A program made the position numbers and the translations under genes. The notes beneath the pieces were generated by a model. That model saw only the letters and a list, made by a program, of their open reading frames with translations, was not told where the DNA came from and did not search any database. A stretch of DNA of 64,000 nt, taken from the NCBI GenBank assembly GCA_004431415.1, contig QPMI01000058.1, positions 1 to 64,000 on the forward strand, given 5' to 3'. Below, one piece after another: positions 59,744 through 64,000 of this stretch (position 1 is the first letter of the stretch; every line of letters starts with the position of its first letter). This DNA is from Cyanophora paradoxa CCMP329 (taxonomy: Eukaryota; Plantae; Glaucophyta).

Positions 59744-60276
59744 TTTGAATCAGCGAACGCAGCGGACTAGTCGCACGCCAGCCGCACCGCTCGAGGACGC
59801 TGCATCTGCGGTGCTCGATGTGGTGGTGTGCGTCCCGCCCTGCCCGCTCGCCCCGACTGCCACGCCATCGATATCGCCTACAAGAGGAGGGCGCCGCTCA
59901 ATCAGCACGCCCGAACTCCGATCAATCGGGAAAGCTCACTTCCGCCGGTGCCTCCATTCGCCGCCGTGCGCGCTCGCTTGGCCCGGCTCTCGTACGCCAT
60001 TCCGCCTGGGGGATCGAGCGGATTGCGGGTACGCTGACATTCCAGTGGCCACAATTTAATCGCCTGCAGCTGAGGCTCGCTGATAAATCGCCGAGCTCAG
60101 CGGCTCGAGTATAGCGACAGCTGCAGCTGCAGCGTTGGCCGCGGCCGCGGCCGCTGGCCGGGGCCAGTACTACTAGGCTAGTCATGAATATTTAATTACG
60201 TATACAGCGCGGCCGCGGGCGCTGCCTTCTTGTGCTTTAGACAGATAGCAATCTGGCGAGCGCACCTACACGCAGC

Positions 60277-62607
60277 TCAATCCGGGGGCGGGCTCGGGGG
60301 CGGGGAGGGCCGCGGCGGGGTGCCAGTGCGGAGGCGCCCCAGGTCGGCGGGGCGGAGGGGCTCCAGGCGGGGCGGAGCCTCGAGCTCGCCCCCCGACTCC
60401 GATCCCGACCCGGCGGGCCGCACCCGCACGAGCTGCAGGTTGCCCTCCGTGCGGCAGCGAGGCGAGAAGATCGCGAGCGGGCGCGCGACGTCCTCGAAGA
60501 CGTTCCCGCAGACGCTCCCCGCCGCGTCCTCGTCCGCGAAGACGCCCCACGCCTAAATTTGAATACGGAGATCAAATGTCGTTGAGGCGGGGGGGGGGGG
60601 GGGGGGACGTGTAAAGGGCGCGCCTGGAGGGATATGCGGTTGTTGCGGATGGCGGGGGCGGCGCCGGTGACGAGGGACACGGCGTTGTTGCCGTTGCCCC
60701 GGATCTCATTCTCCTCGGCCTCCCCGCCCGCCCGGTTGCAGTAGAAGATGCCCCCGTCCTGCCGGCCGCTAAGTCTTCTTTCATGGAGGGGGGCGGGGGT
60801 GGGGGGGGGTACCCTGCATCCCACGATGAGGTTGCGGCGGAGCGTCGGGGCCGTGCCGGCCCCGCGGACCGCCACCCCGTGGAAATTGCCCTGGCAGGAC
60901 CGAACTGCGGGCCGCTTGAGTAAGCTTAAGTTGAAGAGATCGAAAACGGGTCCCGCGGGGTTCGAACCCTCGTTTCCCTCCACGAGGGGCCGCGCCCCCG
61001 CCAGAAAGAAGAGGCCGCCCTGCGTGAGGGCGTCACGGCCAGCGAGGGGAAAGGGGCCCCGCGCGGGATCGAACCTGCGCGCAGTCGCGCACGACGTTCC
61101 GAAGGAGGGAGGGCCGTGTACCCTCCCCCCGCACCACGATCCCCTGCGTCCCCGCCTGCGACACTGAGGGGGGTGCGCGTGTGTGAGACGCGGCGACGTC
61201 GACGCGGGGGGGGGGGGGGGATTGCAAATGGGGGTACAGCGGCGCGCCTTCGTTCGCCTCGGCGAGGCCCTCGGATCCGGCGCAGAAGAAGAGGCCTGCG
61301 TCGCTGGTGCCCGAGACGCGGTTCGCCCGCAGCGCGGGGCGCGTGGCCTCCCCCCGCACCACGATCCCGAAAGAGCCCGTCCCGCTCACTGTACCCGCCG
61401 GGATCGGCGCGGGCCGGGCGGGCGCGAGGAGGGCTAACTGGGGGGCACGCACGCTCGTTGGCCTCCACGGTACCCCCGCTGGAGCCGCTGAAGAACATCC
61501 CGGCGTCGCTCGTACCCCGCAGCTCGTTCCGCCGCACGGAGGGCGCCGTCCCCGCACCCCGTGAGAGGATCCCGAAGTGGCCCGTACCCTCCACTGGCCG
61601 CGGCGTGAGGCGAGGCGAGGGACGGAGGGCTCAGAGGGGCGCGGGCCGGGGCCGCACGGCGATTGCCCTCCACGATGCCGCCGCCGCCGTCCGAGAATGC
61701 GATACCCCAGCTCGCGCAGCTGTGCACCGTGCACCCCCGGATCGTCGGCGCCGTACCCTCCCCGCGCACGTCGACACCGCCGAGGCGTCCCGGGGCGCTC
61801 ACTGCGGGCGCGCAGAGCGTGAGCAGCAAGCGCAGAGCGCAGGAAGGGCGGGTGGCGCGGGCACCATCGCAGTCCTCGATGAGCGCGCGGGAGCCGCCCT
61901 CGATCGCGAGGGCGACCTGCCCCGCCGAGGCGCGCAGCGTGAGGCCCGTCAGGCTCGGCGCCGCCCGCTCCGCGCAGATGACGTCCTCCAGCACCGCCTT
62001 GCGAGTCCCCAGCAGCCGCACGCTCTTCGTCAGAATTAAACGGTCCTTGTACTCTCCCGGGCGAAGAAGGATCAGCTGGCCCGCAGCAGCGCGGCGGAGG
62101 GCGGACGAGATCTTGCTGCCCGCGTCCACGACGAGCGCCGACTGCGCGAAGGGCGAGTTTCAGGGCAAAAAGGGTCTCTAAACAACATAAAAGCACACGT
62201 ACACCAAGTGCCGCGATCCCCCGCCAGCGTTTGCAGGTGAAGGACGCCCGGAGTTGGTCGCCGAGGGCCAGAAACCCGAAAATTGACCGGAGGAGCTCGT
62301 TGGCGAGGAAGCCAGTGAAGCTTTGCGATTCAGCTGCGCTGACTAGATCTCCTCTCTGATCGTCTCCCGCGTCGCTGGGCGCATCAGATTGCGCGCTGCT
62401 GACGCTACCGCGGCCTCGCGCTGACGCGCCGGAGGCACCGTCTTCCCTCGATCGCTTCGCCGGTTGCTCTGGAGCCTCGATCACTGTGCCAGAAGAGGCT
62501 GATTGGGCATCATCGGCCGACCTGGGGCGCTTTCTCCGGGGATCGGATGGAAATGGGCAATCGAATGGCTCCGTGTCACCGCCTGCGTCGTCCTGTGCCG
62601 CCTCCAT
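60277..62607 (-). CDS. F-box + right-handed beta-helix (FBXO10/FBXO11-like) protein
   Basis: LANELLRSIFGFL..QLRASFTCKRWR; LRPGEYKDRL; tandem repeats G+.VRG.GT.P.+R.N (e.g. GVDVRGEGTAPTIRGC, GILSRGAGTAPSVRRN, GIVVRGEATRPALRAN). Confidence 0.9.
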
Positions 62608-62672
62608 GAAAACTAGCAGACGAATGAATTCGGGGTACAGTGGTCGGAAACGTCAGTCGGGGTACAGCAGGA

Positions 62673-64000
62673 ATGGCGAGGAGGGTTCTCGGTGCGCCTG
62701 GCCGGGCGCGGGCGACGCCTTGAGCGGAGGGTGTCGCGAGGCATTGGCTGCCGCGTGGGAGCGCCCCGCCTCGCTGATCCCCGGCAAACAGGCCTCTTGG
62801 CGCTCCTGGCGCTGGCGGCCGTTGCTTCCGCCCAACTATCGAGCATTTTCGACGCATCGGACTCGGGGGCGCTCGAGAAGGTCGTCCTTGCCGCGCAGAA
62901 GGATGTGCGTTCGAGTTGCACCCGCCTGGCCCACCGCCGCGCCCCGCGATACGTTGCAAACGCCGCGATACCGCTCTCTGACCATTAGCTCGCTGGACCT
63001 ATCGCAGGATGGCTCGTTCGGGAACGCCAAGACGACCTATGAGGCCGTGGAGGCTCTGAAGCTCCTCGGGAAGCCCATCCCGAAGCAGGCGCAGCTCTGC
63101 TCTTATGCGTCCGGCGCCCTCGCCAAGGTGAGCCGTCGAGAGACCGCGCCGCCGATCGCCGTGTGTTCGCGCTCGACTCATTGACGTCGCTCAGGCGGCC
63201 GGCAAGCAGGCGGGCCCCGCGTTCTACGCGGCCCGCGCGCTGGCTGCCGCGGGCTGCAAGGGCTCGCCGGCGGGCGACGAGGTCGTGAAGGCCGTCGCTG
63301 CCAAGCTGGAGCAGGCGAAGACGCTGGTCGACCTCCACCAGGCGGTCGGCGCGGCCGCGGCCCTGCAGGAGGCCGGCCTCGCCCCCGCTTCGACTTTCAA
63401 CATCGCCGCCGCCGTCCCCAAGGTTCCTACCGGCCCGCACTCTTCTGACCGCAGGCCGCTGATGGGAGCCGCGCCGGCAGATCCTCGCTCTCATGGAGGA
63501 TGACGGCTCTTTCCGCGCGTCCGAGTCGTCCGACAGCGGCTCTGCGGCACTCTCCGCTTACGCCTTCGACGCCCTCGCCGCTGCCGCCCGCGTCGGCGCC
63601 GGTGACAAGTCGGCCATCCGCGGCGCCCTGGACAAGGCTCGCCCGCGCTCTCGCCTTCTCGCGGCCGCTCGTCGCTGACCGCCGCTCTCTTCTGCAGATG
63701 GAGCAGCTTTCCGGCCTCGCTGACGAGGTGACCGGCGAGTCGGGCGAGAAGGCCCTCGCCTTCGCCAACGCGGACAAGAAGGCACCCGCGCTCCGCGCCA
63801 CCGCTCTCATCCTTTCCTCTGCGAGCCAGCTCGCCTCGGCCCTCGGCGCCTCCGCGCCCAAGGTCCCCCGCGTGCGCTCCTCCCCTCGTCTTCTTATCCT
63901 GCATCCTCTCGCCCCGCCGACCTTTCTTTCGTGCCAGACGGAGGCTGCGAAGATCGCCGACTTCGTCCTGCTCCACAAGTTCGCCTCGAACGTTGAGGAG
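62673..64000 (+). CDS. Probable ribophorin II (oligosaccharyltransferase subunit), N-terminal part; runs off the right edge
   Basis: Spliced signal peptide MARRVLG/LLALLALAAVASA, then DGSFGNAKTTYEAVEALKLLG..C, which resembles the helical lumenal N-terminus of plant/animal RPN2. The diagnostic C-terminus lies outside the window. Confidence 0.6.

Noticed and set aside
1-64000. Hundreds of long Arg/Pro/Gly/Ala-rich ORFs in the six-frame track
   Set aside because: These are expected from stop-codon scarcity at very high GC. Most are antisense or out-of-frame shadows of spliced genes.
1-64000. tRNA, rRNA, snRNA genes and U12-type introns
   Set aside because: None were recognised by eye. A covariance-model scan would be needed to exclude them.

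Overview
This is very GC-rich eukaryotic nuclear DNA, densely packed with genes that are split by many short introns (about 50-150 nt). The supplied ORF track is therefore mostly fragments and antisense noise, and all gene models below were assembled by hand across splice sites. The organism is a flagellate (DRC1 present) and probably an alga; it resembles a glaucophyte such as Cyanophora, but that is inference only. About 19 genes are supported: an RluA/RPUSD2 pseudouridine synthase, a large orphan with three beta-sandwich repeats and an IQ motif, a dCache-PAS hybrid histidine kinase, four F-box genes, a disrupted DUF1499 gene, a four-repeat DUF4379 zinc-ribbon protein, the minor-spliceosome protein SNRNP48, a family-16 methyltransferase, an RBM24/38-like RRM protein, DRC1, peroxiredoxin Q, probable ribophorin II and several orphans. 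Four observations stand out. (1) One gene encodes only the large cytoplasmic loop of a Na/K-type (P2C) ATPase, with its catalytic motifs dead, no transmembrane helices and a C-terminal CaaX box. (2) An apparent spliced fusion joins a proline iminopeptidase, a degenerate TKL kinase and an FBXO11-type beta-helix. (3) Exon-intron junctions are repeatedly duplicated inside expanded, CTAAG/CTAG-rich introns. (4) GC-AG introns are very frequent. No rRNA, tRNA, CRISPR array or intact transposon was recognised.
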